DNA of 28,848 nucleotides from contig JAEOTP010000091.1 in NCBI GenBank assembly GCA_016839765.1, positions 1 to 28,848 of the forward strand, read 5' to 3'. The translations under genes were made by a program, and so were the position numbers. Below are positions 1 through 9,371 of this stretch, piece after piece; the stretch's first letter is position 1; every line of letters begins with the position of its first letter. The notes beneath the pieces are model-generated. The model was not told the DNA's origin and did not search any database. It saw only the letters and a program-made list of their open reading frames with translations. Source of the DNA: Promethearchaeota archaeon. Its GTDB lineage: Archaea; Asgardarchaeota; Lokiarchaeia; Sigyniarchaeales; SOKP01.

Positions 1-52
1 ATCTCTGATCTAATGGCTCAGAACTATTTCTATGGCTTTTCTTCTCAGACAT
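1..52 (-). CDS. Possible N-terminus of a gene running off the window (MSEKKSHRNSSEPLDQR...)
   Basis: ATG at 52-50 with an open frame to the window edge, divergent from the histone gene. Too short to identify. Confidence 0.3.
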   Translation of the reverse strand, partial: MSEKKSHRNSSEPLDQR

Positions 53-117
53 CGTACTTATGTCGATTGGGTGAAATTATTAACCAAAACATAACCTACC
101 GGAAATTTCACGCAACT

Positions 118-125
118 TTTAAATA
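118..125 (+). promoter_or_regulatory. Candidate archaeal TATA box (TTTAAATA) for the histone gene
   Basis: Matches the TTTAWATA consensus about 95 nt upstream of the ATG. A GGAGG Shine-Dalgarno at 206-210 implies a leadered mRNA. The AT-rich background weakens the call. Confidence 0.4.
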
Positions 126-220
126 TTTGAAAGAAGTATTATAATATAATAAAGTTCATGTTGAAAAATGTGAACTTTGAGAAATATTATTTAAAATTAT
201 AAAGTGGAGGAATAATCAAA

Positions 221-433
221 ATGGCTAAAAAAGTTTTCGCTTGGAGTCCTGTTCGAAAGTTAATGAAAGATAACGGCGCTGAAATGGTTGCTCGTGATGC
301 AGTTGACGCTTTAATTGATTACCTTGAAAAAACTGCAAGGGGAGTCACAAATAAGGCATTAGAAATGACGAGACATGCTGGTCGAAAGAAATTAACTCTC
401 GAAGACATGGATTTAGCGATGAAATTAATGTAA
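221..433 (+). CDS. Archaeal histone (HMf family, single histone fold)
   Basis: 70 aa with SPVRKLMK..GAEMVARDA...HAGRKKLTLEDMDLA, typical of archaeal histone folds. GGAGG SD upstream. Confidence 0.95.
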   Translation: MAKKVFAWSPVRKLMKDNGAEMVARDAVDALIDYLEKTARGVTNKALEMTRHAGRKKLTLEDMDLAMKLM

Positions 434-527
434 ATGTTATTGTCAACATAAAATAAAATTCTTCTTATCTTTTTTTTTATTTTTAAAATTATTAATTCTA
501 CACTCTCAATTCCTACTTCAATATTAC
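402..527 (+). repeat. 126-bp direct repeat, copy 1 (histone 3' end plus downstream region)
   Basis: Ungapped manual alignment to 2089-2214 gives 119/126 identity. Confidence 0.95.
459..484 (+). terminator. Oligo-T archaeal terminator of the histone gene
   Basis: Pyrimidine-rich tract with a T9 run about 35 nt after the stop codon. Confidence 0.55.
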
Positions 528-777
528 ACCAAGATTGGGCTTGGAACAAAATTTTATCTTCTGAAATAACTATCATTGAATGTATGCCTGGATTTTCAAC
601 AATAAATGAGAAAATTAAGAGCTGATTGGCTAGAATAATAACTTAATAGGAAGAGATATCAATTTGATATTAGTGAACAATTTTTTTCTTTATCAAAATT
701 AAATGTTAAAAAATAAGAATTTTTTTTGAAAAAAATAACACAATAAAAAGAATAAGATAATTTCATTAGATACTGAA

Positions 778-1320
778 TCACATTAAAAAATTTAATACAA
801 CATGCACGATTATTACGATGTATAATCCACTTATAAGACTCACGTGTAACGCCCTGTTAAAATGAGGGGAAATTTTTCCACTTTTCGATTTAAAGGGATG
901 ATATCTAAACAAATACCCTGTGCCAACAAGGACAACTACAATAATATAGAGCGCTAATCCAGCTCCTAGATCAGGATAAAATTGTAATGGGCGACTAAGC
1001 TGTCCAGCAAAATGGATAGACACAAATAAGAAAGAAGTAGTAAAACCAAATATATGGATGTTCATCAAAATGTTATATCGTTTGGGAAAACGACGTTTCA
1101 TAAAATAAAATAATGGTGCGAAAAACATAATAAAAAGAGCTCCTATTATTCCCATCCAATGAGAAAAGCGCAATGAACCGAGGAAAAATCCCGTGTCTAT
1201 AAAATCAAGAAAAATTAATATCGTGATGATAATGATAATAATGATATAGATTGTTTCTACTATAAAAGATTTATTCTTGAGTAAGCTCTGTTTAGGTTCA
1301 GTTTTTGAAGATTTGGTCAT
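778..1320 (-). CDS. Membrane protein with a ferric reductase-like/cytochrome b transmembrane domain
   Basis: About 5 hydrophobic helices. Two helices each carry a His pair spaced H-x13-H (IHIFGFTTSFLFVSIHF, LHVSLISGLYIVIIVHV), consistent with bis-His heme b ligation. Confidence 0.65.
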   Translation of the reverse strand: MTKSSKTEPKQSLLKNKSFIVETIYIIIIIIITILIFLDFIDTGFFLGSLRFSHWMGIIGALFIMFFAPLFYFMKRRFPKRYNILMNIHIFGFTTSFLFVSIHFAGQLSRPLQFYPDLGAGLALYIIVVVLVGTGYLFRYHPFKSKSGKISPHFNRALHVSLISGLYIVIIVHVVLNFLM

Positions 1321-2035
1321 TAGAAATATAAAAATATTTTTTAATTTTATTTGATTATTTTAATTCGCCTTTATTTATAAAAATATTTAAAGTTGTAGGA
1401 AACTAAATTAAATCAGCAACACTATATCAGAAACGAATATATATATTGTAAGAATATGGGAAGAAGAGCTCTCTATAGTATTATTCCTTCATTTATAATT
1501 CTCTTTCTCTATAATTTCAATATTTTAATATTTAATCCTAATATTTTCAACCCTCCCCCGTAGGATCTAATTTTCTTGGAGCATTAAAAGGATATTATAT
1601 GATATTAAATCTCTTTCTGTCAGGTATGTTAATTCCTTTTGGATTTAAATTTTCCTTAAGTATTAAGGGATATAATCCAATATAAATTCCTTCTATTAAT
1701 CGAATTGAGAGAAGAAACTAATTTTTCCTATTCCCTATCCTAATTTTTTTGATAAATCAATATTTGAAAATTAAATATTTTCTTCTTCTGATTTTTATGA
1801 TTTTCTTAAGAGAAAGAACGAATTGAAATTATAATGCTCTAATAACGCTTAAAATAAAATTAAGCTACTTTTTCTAGGAAAGGGATTCGAATCTTAAAGA
1901 ACAAAATGAATTATTATTCTATTTCTTTTTGATAATTCTTATATAATGATTTCTTTTTTTTTAAACATTAATCGAGATGAGAGAAAATGATGCCTAAAAC
2001 TAGCTTTAGGAAGGAAAAACTGTTTATGATCGAGC

Positions 2036-2120
2036 TGTCCTATTTATATGCTTATGGAGATAATGAAGCTGAAGATGAGTGGCAAGATAAGATATGGATT
2101 TCGCGAAAAAATTGATGTAA
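2036..2120 (+). pseudogene. Decayed, internally deleted second histone copy
   Basis: 2091-2120 reads DMDFAKKLM* against histone DMDLAMKLM*. 2036-2073 reads CPIYMLM-/-DNEAE against SPVRKLMKDNGAE with a 1-nt deletion. The middle of the gene is missing. Confidence 0.75.
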
Positions 2121-2214
2121 ATGTTATTGTCAACATAAAATAAAATTCTTCTTATCTTTTTTTTTATTTTTAAAATTATTAATTCTACACTCTCAGTTCC
2201 TGCTTCAATATTAC
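2089..2214 (+). repeat. 126-bp direct repeat, copy 2
   Basis: 119/126 identical to 402-527. Confidence 0.95.
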
Positions 2215-2309
2215 TTCACATAGAGTTCTATTAATATTATGAAGAATTATCATATATTATCGGGACATAAGGAAATTCTGAAGTTCAAATCTTATAAAAG
2301 CATAATAAA

Positions 2310-3524
2310 ATGAAATCTGAACAAGAACTTATGAGTACAGAACACGATAAGAGGAAATACAAACTAAATATATACAAAGCATATTTGTACAGTTTCATTA
2401 TTGGAATTCATACTGTTAGAGCAGTATATTATGCTTATATGACATACTGGGGTGGTCTTACATTTTCAGAACAAATGATTTTGCAAGCATACTTCATGTT
2501 TATGATTTTCCTACTTGAAATTCCTTCCGGAGCTATTGCTGATTACTTAGGAAGAAAAAAGGCAATCATATTATCAGCATTGACAGTGATTATGGCTGCT
2601 TTTACATATAGCATTGCCCCCAATATTATTTTGTTTTATTTAGGTGAAACTTTTTGGGCGCTTAGTATTGCTTTAATATCAGGAACAGATGAGGCTTTTA
2701 TGTTCAGTTCCTTAAAGATTTTGGGTGAGGAAGATAGATTACCAAAAGTTATGGGTAATATCCAAATAATGAATCTAGTTGCTTTAACTATTTCAGCTCC
2801 CCTTGGTTCAATTATTGCTAAATATATATCATTACAATTTACAATGACATGCTTAGGAATTATTTATATAGGAGCATTTATAACTGCATTGACTTATCAT
2901 GAACCTCAGTCCAATAATAGAGTTAAATCAGAGAGATATTTATCGATCATCAAGGATGGATTCAAAGAATTAAAAAAAAATAAAATTTTAAGAATTCTAT
3001 GTTTTGATCGATTATTCATTAATATTTTAATCTTTTTTTTGTTTTGGACTTATCAACCTTATCTTGTCGCTGTTGGCATTGATTATTTGATATGGGGTAT
3101 TATTCTCTCTGGAATGAATTTAATGAATGCTTCATTTTCATATCTATATCCAAAAATCCTTAAGAAAACTGAAAAAAAATTAAAAATTCTAATTTTGGTA
3201 GATATTATAAATGGGTTAGCTTTCATATTCTTAGGAATTACAACAAATCAAATTCTTGGTGTTATAATTCTTTTAATTATAGTTGGATTTGGATATCCAA
3301 GGTCTTTACTCTATATGCATGGAATTAATAAGCAAATTGAATCTGAAAATAGAGCAACAGTCCTTAGCACTATTAATATGTTTGGGAGTCTTTCAATGGC
3401 CGTACTTTATCCAGTAATAGGATTAATAGTTGAAACGTGGAGTATTTACTGGTTTTTTATTATTAATGGTATTTTGATTTTAATAATTACAATGTTTACT
3501 CGAGTTAAAAGCGATTATCTTTAA
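2310..3524 (+). CDS. MFS transporter
   Basis: About 12 TM helices, MFS motif A (EIPSGAIADYLGRKK), SGTDEA, and RATVLS in the C-terminal half. Confidence 0.92.
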   Translation: MKSEQELMSTEHDKRKYKLNIYKAYLYSFIIGIHTVRAVYYAYMTYWGGLTFSEQMILQAYFMFMIFLLEIPSGAIADYLGRKKAIILSALTVIMAAFTYSIAPNIILFYLGETFWALSIALISGTDEAFMFSSLKILGEEDRLPKVMGNIQIMNLVALTISAPLGSIIAKYISLQFTMTCLGIIYIGAFITALTYHEPQSNNRVKSERYLSIIKDGFKELKKNKILRILCFDRLFINILIFFLFWTYQPYLVAVGIDYLIWGIILSGMNLMNASFSYLYPKILKKTEKKLKILILVDIINGLAFIFLGITTNQILGVIILLIIVGFGYPRSLLYMHGINKQIESENRATVLSTINMFGSLSMAVLYPVIGLIVETWSIYWFFIINGILILIITMFTRVKSDYL

Positions 3525-3547
3525 GATCTATATAATATATAATTAAA

Positions 3548-6500
3548 TTAAGAAGAAGATTCTGGAATCAGAATGATAAATTTACTTCCTTTTGTATAAT
3601 CTCCTTCAACTCTGTCCTCAACCCAGATTTTACCATCGAAACTATGCACAATTTTATAAACTAATGACAATCCTAACCCCATCCCTTTAGCTCCCTTCTC
3701 TTTTCTATAACCTTCCTTGAATAATATACTTTTTTTCTCATCAGGGATGCCAATTGCATTATCTTTAAATTTAAATTTAATATAATTCCTGTTTTCTTTT
3801 AATTCTTTTAAAACATCTATATTAATCTCAATCTTTTGATTCTCATTATACTTTATAGCATTAATTAAAAGATTATCAAATACATCATGTAATAATTCAT
3901 TAGCATGTACTAAATATTTATCTTCTTTGCAATTGATATTTATGCTTATCTCTCTCTCTGAATAAGCTTTGTTTATGAAATCAATAGAGCTTTTTAATAT
4001 TTCGCATGAATCTAATAATCCAAGCTCTATATCCTTATCTTCAAGATCTGAGAGAGTCCTGACATTTGATACTAATTTAGAACCTCTTTGTACTTGCTTT
4101 TTTATAATCTCTGATATATTTTGGATATCCGAAGCACTTTCTACTCCATTGAGTTGATAAGAGATGAGTTCTGCGGAGGAATTTATGATTTGAAGGAGAT
4201 TGTTAATATCATGGGCAAACAAATCTTTATAAAGATTCGAACGTTCAAACGCATCACGGTATTTTTTCTCTGAATCTATAATTTTTTGTTCAGCAACTTT
4301 TCTATCAGTAATATCCATTCCATAAATATTCACGTAATCAACATCTTTAACAGGTGTTATAGTTAAGGAATAGATTCTATCTTTTAGGTTGACTTCAAAA
4401 CTTTTAACTATTTTTTCATTATTTGTGTTTTCCACATAATTCTTTAATATCTTAGGAAGCTTATCTTCTGAACGTATATCAAATAAGTTCTCTGCAGCTT
4501 TATTAGCATAAATAATTTTTTCGCGATCAACACGTAATACAGCTGATGGATTTTCAGAAGGAAATTTCGCTAAATTAGCAACTTCTAATTCAGCTTTTTT
4601 ACGTTTTCTAATATCTATTATCATGGATTGTGATTCAATAACCTTGCCATTCCCATCTAATATTGGTTTTACAGTTAAGCTAATCCATATAGGTTCACCA
4701 TTTTTCTTTTTCATTTGGAGTTCTTCATCCTTGATTTGTTTACCCTTAAGAAATCCTTGAAAACCTTCTTTTGCTTTTAAGGTTCCGTCCTCAGTATCCG
4801 TATATAAATTAAGTACTGACATTTTTAAAAGTTCTTCCTTGGAATAACCTAGAAGATTAGTAGCAGCTTTATTACATCTTATTATTTTTCCATCTGCTCT
4901 TATTGAAAAATAACCATTTGGAGCTTCTTCATATAGCTCACGAAAACGTAATTCCGAATCTTTTAACTTTTCTTCTGCTAATTTACGGTCAGTGATATCA
5001 GCACTCATGACTCCAAGCCCATCTCCTACTTTAAACGCATTAATATTATAATAACCTTCCTTAAAACCGGGTAATGTTCTAATACCTTCAAAAGTTATAG
5101 GATTCCCCGTTTTGAGAACATCTAAATATTTATCATATCTACCAGTCTCTTTGATCTCTGGAATGATTTCAATCATATTTTTTCCTATTATTGCTTCTTT
5201 ATGCATACCCATACGTTCTAGAGCAATTTTATTAATTTCTAATAAATTAAGGTTTGAATCCCATATTGTAATGCTATCTGTTGCTGACTGGATAAAATCA
5301 TTTAATATCTTCTCAGACTCTTGTAGCTTTTGCTCTGCAAGTTTACGTTCAGTGATATCCATAATTGATGTTAAATCAGCTAAGCCTTCGCCGAAAGGTA
5401 CAGTTCGTGAATCAACCTCTAACCACTTGATTTCCCCCGATTTAGTTAAAGCTCTAAATTGAAAATTTTTTATAGTGTTAATTTCATTTTGATATTTTTT
5501 TCTAACAATTTCAATGAATTTCTCCTGATCCTCTTCATAAATAATTTTGATAATATCCTTAATCTCCCAGTTTTCAATTTCTTCTTTATCGTAACCTATA
5601 ATTCCAGCTAATTTCTGATTTGAATATTTAACATCGTAATCTTGGATTATTAATATTCCTATATATGATTGTTCTGCCATAACTCTAAATTTTTCTTCAG
5701 ATTCTTTTAGTTCTTGTTCCGCAACTTTAAATTTTGTTACGTCTCTATTTATTGCACCAAGCATGTAATAACTATTTGATTTTATTGGAAATATTAGTTG
5801 TTGGATTACCTTTTTTTTTCCATCAGCAAATTCTATTTCTTCCTCTCCTAAATTATTTAATAAAGGGCCTTCCCCTGTTTTAATAGCATGATTAATCACA
5901 TTTTTTAATTGAATTTTGTATTCTTGATTTAGCTTTTCTTTTGCGGTAATTTGGTAGAAAATATCCCAGATTGGTTCATTAATAACATCAAGCTTTTTTA
6001 TATCAAAGATTTCTTCTTGGCCATTGTTCCATTCAATAATTTTCCCCTCTGTATCTGTTAAAACCAAACCATCTCGACTCTCTTCTATGAATTTTCTAAG
6101 AATTTCTTCACTCTTCCTTATTTTATCAGCAATGGCTTTTTTTTCAGTTATATCTCTTGAAATTATTTGGGCTTTCAAATGTCCATCTTGATCTATAAAT
6201 GTCTTACCTATTGCTTCGAGCCATATCCAGTGACCCTTTTTATGCTTAAATCTTATCTCTGCTGTCCCTTCACCTGTTTCAAAGCCTTTTTTCAAAGCTG
6301 TGGCAGCAAGTTCAACATCATCTGGATGTATAAAATTTAAAGCAGATTTTCCTATTAAATCTGCATTTGAATAACCTAGTACACGTAAAAATGTTTTTTC
6401 GTTAAGAAATTCATATTTGAAGTTTTTATCAAGAATTCCAATCAGATCATAAACATTTTCAGTAATGAGGCGATATTTTTCTTCAGAATCTATTAATTTT

Positions 6501-6925
6501 TGCTCTACAATTTTTCTTTCAGTTATATCTCTTGATATAAGTAGAGCTTTCCAGTTACCTTTTTGAATTTCAATTAGTGATGCCCAGATATCATACCACT
6601 TCCATTCGCCATTTTTGTGCTTTATTCTTCCTTCTCTCCTTGCTTTTCCTTCCTTAAGCATTTGTTTAATCGTATCATCAATTTGACCATACTCATCAGG
6701 ATGAACTATTATTTTAGCATTCTTTCCAATTAAATCTTCTTTTAAATAGCCAAGTTGTTTGAGGTGATTAGCTTCATTAATATATTCGAAATTAAAATCT
6801 TTATCAAATATCCGTATTAGGTCATTAGAATTTTCGGTAATTAACCGATATCGTTCTTCTAACTCTTTCAATTTCTGCTCAGCTCCTTTTTTATCAGTAA
6901 TATAATCTTTTTGAAAAATACTCAA
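3548..6925 (-). CDS. Soluble multi-PAS sensor histidine kinase (about 7 PAS, HisKA, HATPase_c)
   Basis: Repeated PAS/PAC units ending in DIT(E/D)RK-like motifs. H-box FAHDINNLL, N-box FDNLLINAIKY, G1 DNAIGI, G2 GMGLGL. No TM segment. TTG start. Confidence 0.95.
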   Translation of the reverse strand: MSIFQKDYITDKKGAEQKLKELEERYRLITENSNDLIRIFDKDFNFEYINEANHLKQLGYLKEDLIGKNAKIIVHPDEYGQIDDTIKQMLKEGKARREGRIKHKNGEWKWYDIWASLIEIQKGNWKALLISRDITERKIVEQKLIDSEEKYRLITENVYDLIGILDKNFKYEFLNEKTFLRVLGYSNADLIGKSALNFIHPDDVELAATALKKGFETGEGTAEIRFKHKKGHWIWLEAIGKTFIDQDGHLKAQIISRDITEKKAIADKIRKSEEILRKFIEESRDGLVLTDTEGKIIEWNNGQEEIFDIKKLDVINEPIWDIFYQITAKEKLNQEYKIQLKNVINHAIKTGEGPLLNNLGEEEIEFADGKKKVIQQLIFPIKSNSYYMLGAINRDVTKFKVAEQELKESEEKFRVMAEQSYIGILIIQDYDVKYSNQKLAGIIGYDKEEIENWEIKDIIKIIYEEDQEKFIEIVRKKYQNEINTIKNFQFRALTKSGEIKWLEVDSRTVPFGEGLADLTSIMDITERKLAEQKLQESEKILNDFIQSATDSITIWDSNLNLLEINKIALERMGMHKEAIIGKNMIEIIPEIKETGRYDKYLDVLKTGNPITFEGIRTLPGFKEGYYNINAFKVGDGLGVMSADITDRKLAEEKLKDSELRFRELYEEAPNGYFSIRADGKIIRCNKAATNLLGYSKEELLKMSVLNLYTDTEDGTLKAKEGFQGFLKGKQIKDEELQMKKKNGEPIWISLTVKPILDGNGKVIESQSMIIDIRKRKKAELEVANLAKFPSENPSAVLRVDREKIIYANKAAENLFDIRSEDKLPKILKNYVENTNNEKIVKSFEVNLKDRIYSLTITPVKDVDYVNIYGMDITDRKVAEQKIIDSEKKYRDAFERSNLYKDLFAHDINNLLQIINSSAELISYQLNGVESASDIQNISEIIKKQVQRGSKLVSNVRTLSDLEDKDIELGLLDSCEILKSSIDFINKAYSEREISININCKEDKYLVHANELLHDVFDNLLINAIKYNENQKIEINIDVLKELKENRNYIKFKFKDNAIGIPDEKKSILFKEGYRKEKGAKGMGLGLSLVYKIVHSFDGKIWVEDRVEGDYTKGSKFIILIPESSS

Positions 6926-7090
6926 AATGATATTTATTATGTATTAGTGTAAATATTATTTAGTATTCCCTTTATATTTTATAAGTAATTAAAATAGTGA
7001 GTGATTATAAAGCGGAAAAAAAAAATTATTATTGATTTAAATTTATGTAAAAAAATATAAAAAAAATAAAAAAGAAATTTAATTTTCTTA

Positions 7091-7342
7091 TTAACCTCCA
7101 GCGATAGGAGGGAATATTGCGATTATATCACCCTCGTTAATTTTGTCGTCAGCTTTTTTATGTGGCAACCCATTAACAAGGATTATTATATTTTTATTTA
7201 TTGATGGTATTTTATATTTTTCAAGAAGATATTGAATTTTACTTCCCTTTGGTATGCTTAATTCTGCTTTATCTGGTCCATATTTTCTAAAGTCAGCAAA
7301 AAATTTTACAGTCACCGAGATATTATCAACTTCCTCAGTCAT
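7091..7342 (-). CDS. moaD: MoaD/ThiS/SAMP-type sulfur carrier (beta-grasp, C-terminal GG)
   Basis: VTVKFFADFR...ILVNG...EGDIIAIFPPIAGG. The likely true start is the ATG at 7342 (MTEEVD), which overlaps the upstream stop, rather than 7414. Confidence 0.88.
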   Translation of the reverse strand: MTEEVDNISVTVKFFADFRKYGPDKAELSIPKGSKIQYLLEKYKIPSINKNIIILVNGLPHKKADDKINEGDIIAIFPPIAGG

Positions 7343-7622
7343 CTTCAACTCTCGTAAAATACCATTTGTATAATAATCCCATATTTTTAGGAAATATGCC
7401 AACTCTGTCACCATTCTTTACCCTTTTCTTAAATCCTGAATATACACCATTAACAAAAATATGGCTGGTTTCGCTTTTTTCAATTGAGTATTTTTTTAAT
7501 ATATCTGCAATATATTCAATTCCTTGAGTTTCAATCTTAAGACTAAATGGACTTTCGATATTAGTTTCTTTTTGTGACACCTTTTTAGCTAAATCTCCGA
7601 AAAATTTCACTAGAATTGCCAT
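7335..7622 (-). CDS. MoaD-like beta-grasp protein lacking the C-terminal GG
   Basis: ILVKFFGDL...IFVNG...KNGDRVGIFP matches the MoaD pattern, but the protein ends KNMGLLYKWYFTRVEDD. Confidence 0.8.
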   Translation of the reverse strand: MAILVKFFGDLAKKVSQKETNIESPFSLKIETQGIEYIADILKKYSIEKSETSHIFVNGVYSGFKKRVKNGDRVGIFPKNMGLLYKWYFTRVEDD

Positions 7623-7634
7623 ATTTAAAATCCC

Positions 7635-9371
7635 TTAAGCGCCCCAAACTTTATCTAACTCTTCATTAGACACATTGAAAACTTCATTAGATGGTGCTAC
7701 TGGCTCTTGTCTCAGAAATTCTGGAAGTCTATCATCAGCAGCAGTAAATCCAGCCGCTTTATTAAAATCTCTTTCAGTTGTTATTACTTTCATTCCTAGC
7801 TCGGTTAAATCTACTTCTGTACCAAGAACTCCATTTACAGATTGTATCATTCCTTCTAACCCTTCGGGAATATCAAGAACGGCGAAGGCAGTAAAAAGAC
7901 AATATCCTGTGGAATCAAGGTAAGCTGTGGCTACCTGTAGATTTCTAGACAATTCAGACTTATTTGTATCTCTTGGGTCAGCTGTTCCACCAACACCCAT
8001 AATTTCTGTGGCGATCGCATAACCTGCTGTGTGATCTGCTCCCATTGGGGTTGTTGCATATGTAACTCCAATCCCTTTTATTGCTCTTGGATCATAAGCA
8101 GGGAATGCTTGACCCTTGACTACCGGCACTCTAGTAACTCCGAATGCCTGACCTGTGAAAGCACAACCATTGGCTAAAATTCTCCCAGTCGGGGTTTTCT
8201 TGCGAATTTCATCCATTACTTTTAAGGCACCTTTACCATCTCCAAATTTTAGCATGCCTCCTTCCATTGCCACAGCAATAGTATCTCCTGCTTCAATTGT
8301 ATCCAATCCAAGATCATTACAAGCACGATTCAGCTCACCTATATCATCAAGATTATAAATGCTACAGTTAGCTCCTAAAGCCCATACAGATTCATACTCA
8401 AGTACACCAACAGGATCCTTTCCACCAGGTTTAGTCCATACTTCTGAGCATCGAATTACACAACCAGGATTACAATGATGAGGTCTTGTACCACCTCTTA
8501 TTTTAATTTCCTCAGCTTTCTTTTCACCAGAAATATTAGCAGCTCTATCATCTTGACCGCTAGAGAAATTTCTTTGAGGTAATCCTCCAGCTTCATTTAT
8601 TATATTAACCAAAACAGCAGTACCATAAGAAGCTAATGCACCATCTGGTTTTGTGACGTCATGTTCTGCAAGTGCTTTTCTTAATTTTTCTCTACCTTGA
8701 TCAAAGAGTTCTTTATTCTTGATCTCAACTCCAGGAGCTCCAGTATCATCAACAACTATAAACTTCAAACCCTTTGATGCCATAACTGCACCAAGACCAC
8801 CTCTTCCTGCGTACCTACTTGGCAAACCTTCAGGATCATTAAAACAGATTCCTGAAGCAGCACCCATTAACTCTCCTGCAATACCACAAGCACAAATACT
8901 TACCCTATTTCCAAATTCTTTAAATAAATCTTTATACACTTGATATAATCCTTTTCCAACATATTTATTAGCATTAATGAATTCAACTTTATCCATAGAA
9001 ATTTTAACCATATGATAATCATCACCTTTAGGCTGACCCTCTACAATAATAGCTGCTATTTGCATTCTGGCTAATCTCTGTGGAAAATCTGTTCCAGCAT
9101 TGGCTTCCTTTATCCCTCCCGTTAAGGGGGATTTCCCTCCAACTGAAATTCTTCCGGAAGTTGGGGCTACAGTACCAGTAATTATCCCTGGTGCAAATAC
9201 TAATTTATTATTAGGACCGAGCGGATGACATGTAGGATCAACTTCTTTAGAAACTATAGTTGAAGTTAATGCTCGACCACCTAAAGTAGCATAACTATCT
9301 GGAAAATCTTCAAATGAAGTTTCAAGCTTACTCATATTAACTCTTAAAATTCTTTTTGGCAAAAATTTCAC
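7635..9371 (-). CDS. aor: Tungsten-dependent aldehyde:ferredoxin oxidoreductase family protein
   Basis: KSPLTGGIKEANAG, AGRGGLGAVMASKGLK, Fe-S cysteines CNPGCVIRC, EYES, LGLDTIE, YDPR, GADH, DSTGYC, DDRLP. GTG start. Confidence 0.95.
   Translation of the reverse strand: MKFLPKRILRVNMSKLETSFEDFPDSYATLGGRALTSTIVSKEVDPTCHPLGPNNKLVFAPGIITGTVAPTSGRISVGGKSPLTGGIKEANAGTDFPQRLARMQIAAIIVEGQPKGDDYHMVKISMDKVEFINANKYVGKGLYQVYKDLFKEFGNRVSICACGIAGELMGAASGICFNDPEGLPSRYAGRGGLGAVMASKGLKFIVVDDTGAPGVEIKNKELFDQGREKLRKALAEHDVTKPDGALASYGTAVLVNIINEAGGLPQRNFSSGQDDRAANISGEKKAEEIKIRGGTRPHHCNPGCVIRCSEVWTKPGGKDPVGVLEYESVWALGANCSIYNLDDIGELNRACNDLGLDTIEAGDTIAVAMEGGMLKFGDGKGALKVMDEIRKKTPTGRILANGCAFTGQAFGVTRVPVVKGQAFPAYDPRAIKGIGVTYATTPMGADHTAGYAIATEIMGVGGTADPRDTNKSELSRNLQVATAYLDSTGYCLFTAFAVLDIPEGLEGMIQSVNGVLGTEVDLTELGMKVITTERDFNKAAGFTAADDRLPEFLRQEPVAPSNEVFNVSNEELDKVWGA

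Noticed and set aside
319-576. 85-aa minus-strand ORF overlapping the histone gene
   Set aside because: Antisense shadow running through the terminator T-tract, with no recognisable motif.
1881-1895. GGGATTCGAATCTT resembling a tRNA T-loop or att remnant
   Set aside because: No T-stem/acceptor pairing or cloverleaf, and it does not match the tRNA-Arg 3' end. It is only a short palindrome.
528-2088. Autonomous mobile element between the direct repeats
   Set aside because: No integrase, transposase or terminal inverted repeats are visible. It is kept only as one hypothesis for the duplication.
7329-7337. TGA ending the MoaD-like gene read as selenocysteine (DD-U-GS)
   Set aside because: It is explained by the ATGACTGA start/stop overlap with moaD. 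There is no Cys-homologous position and no SECIS-like hairpin that I can identify.
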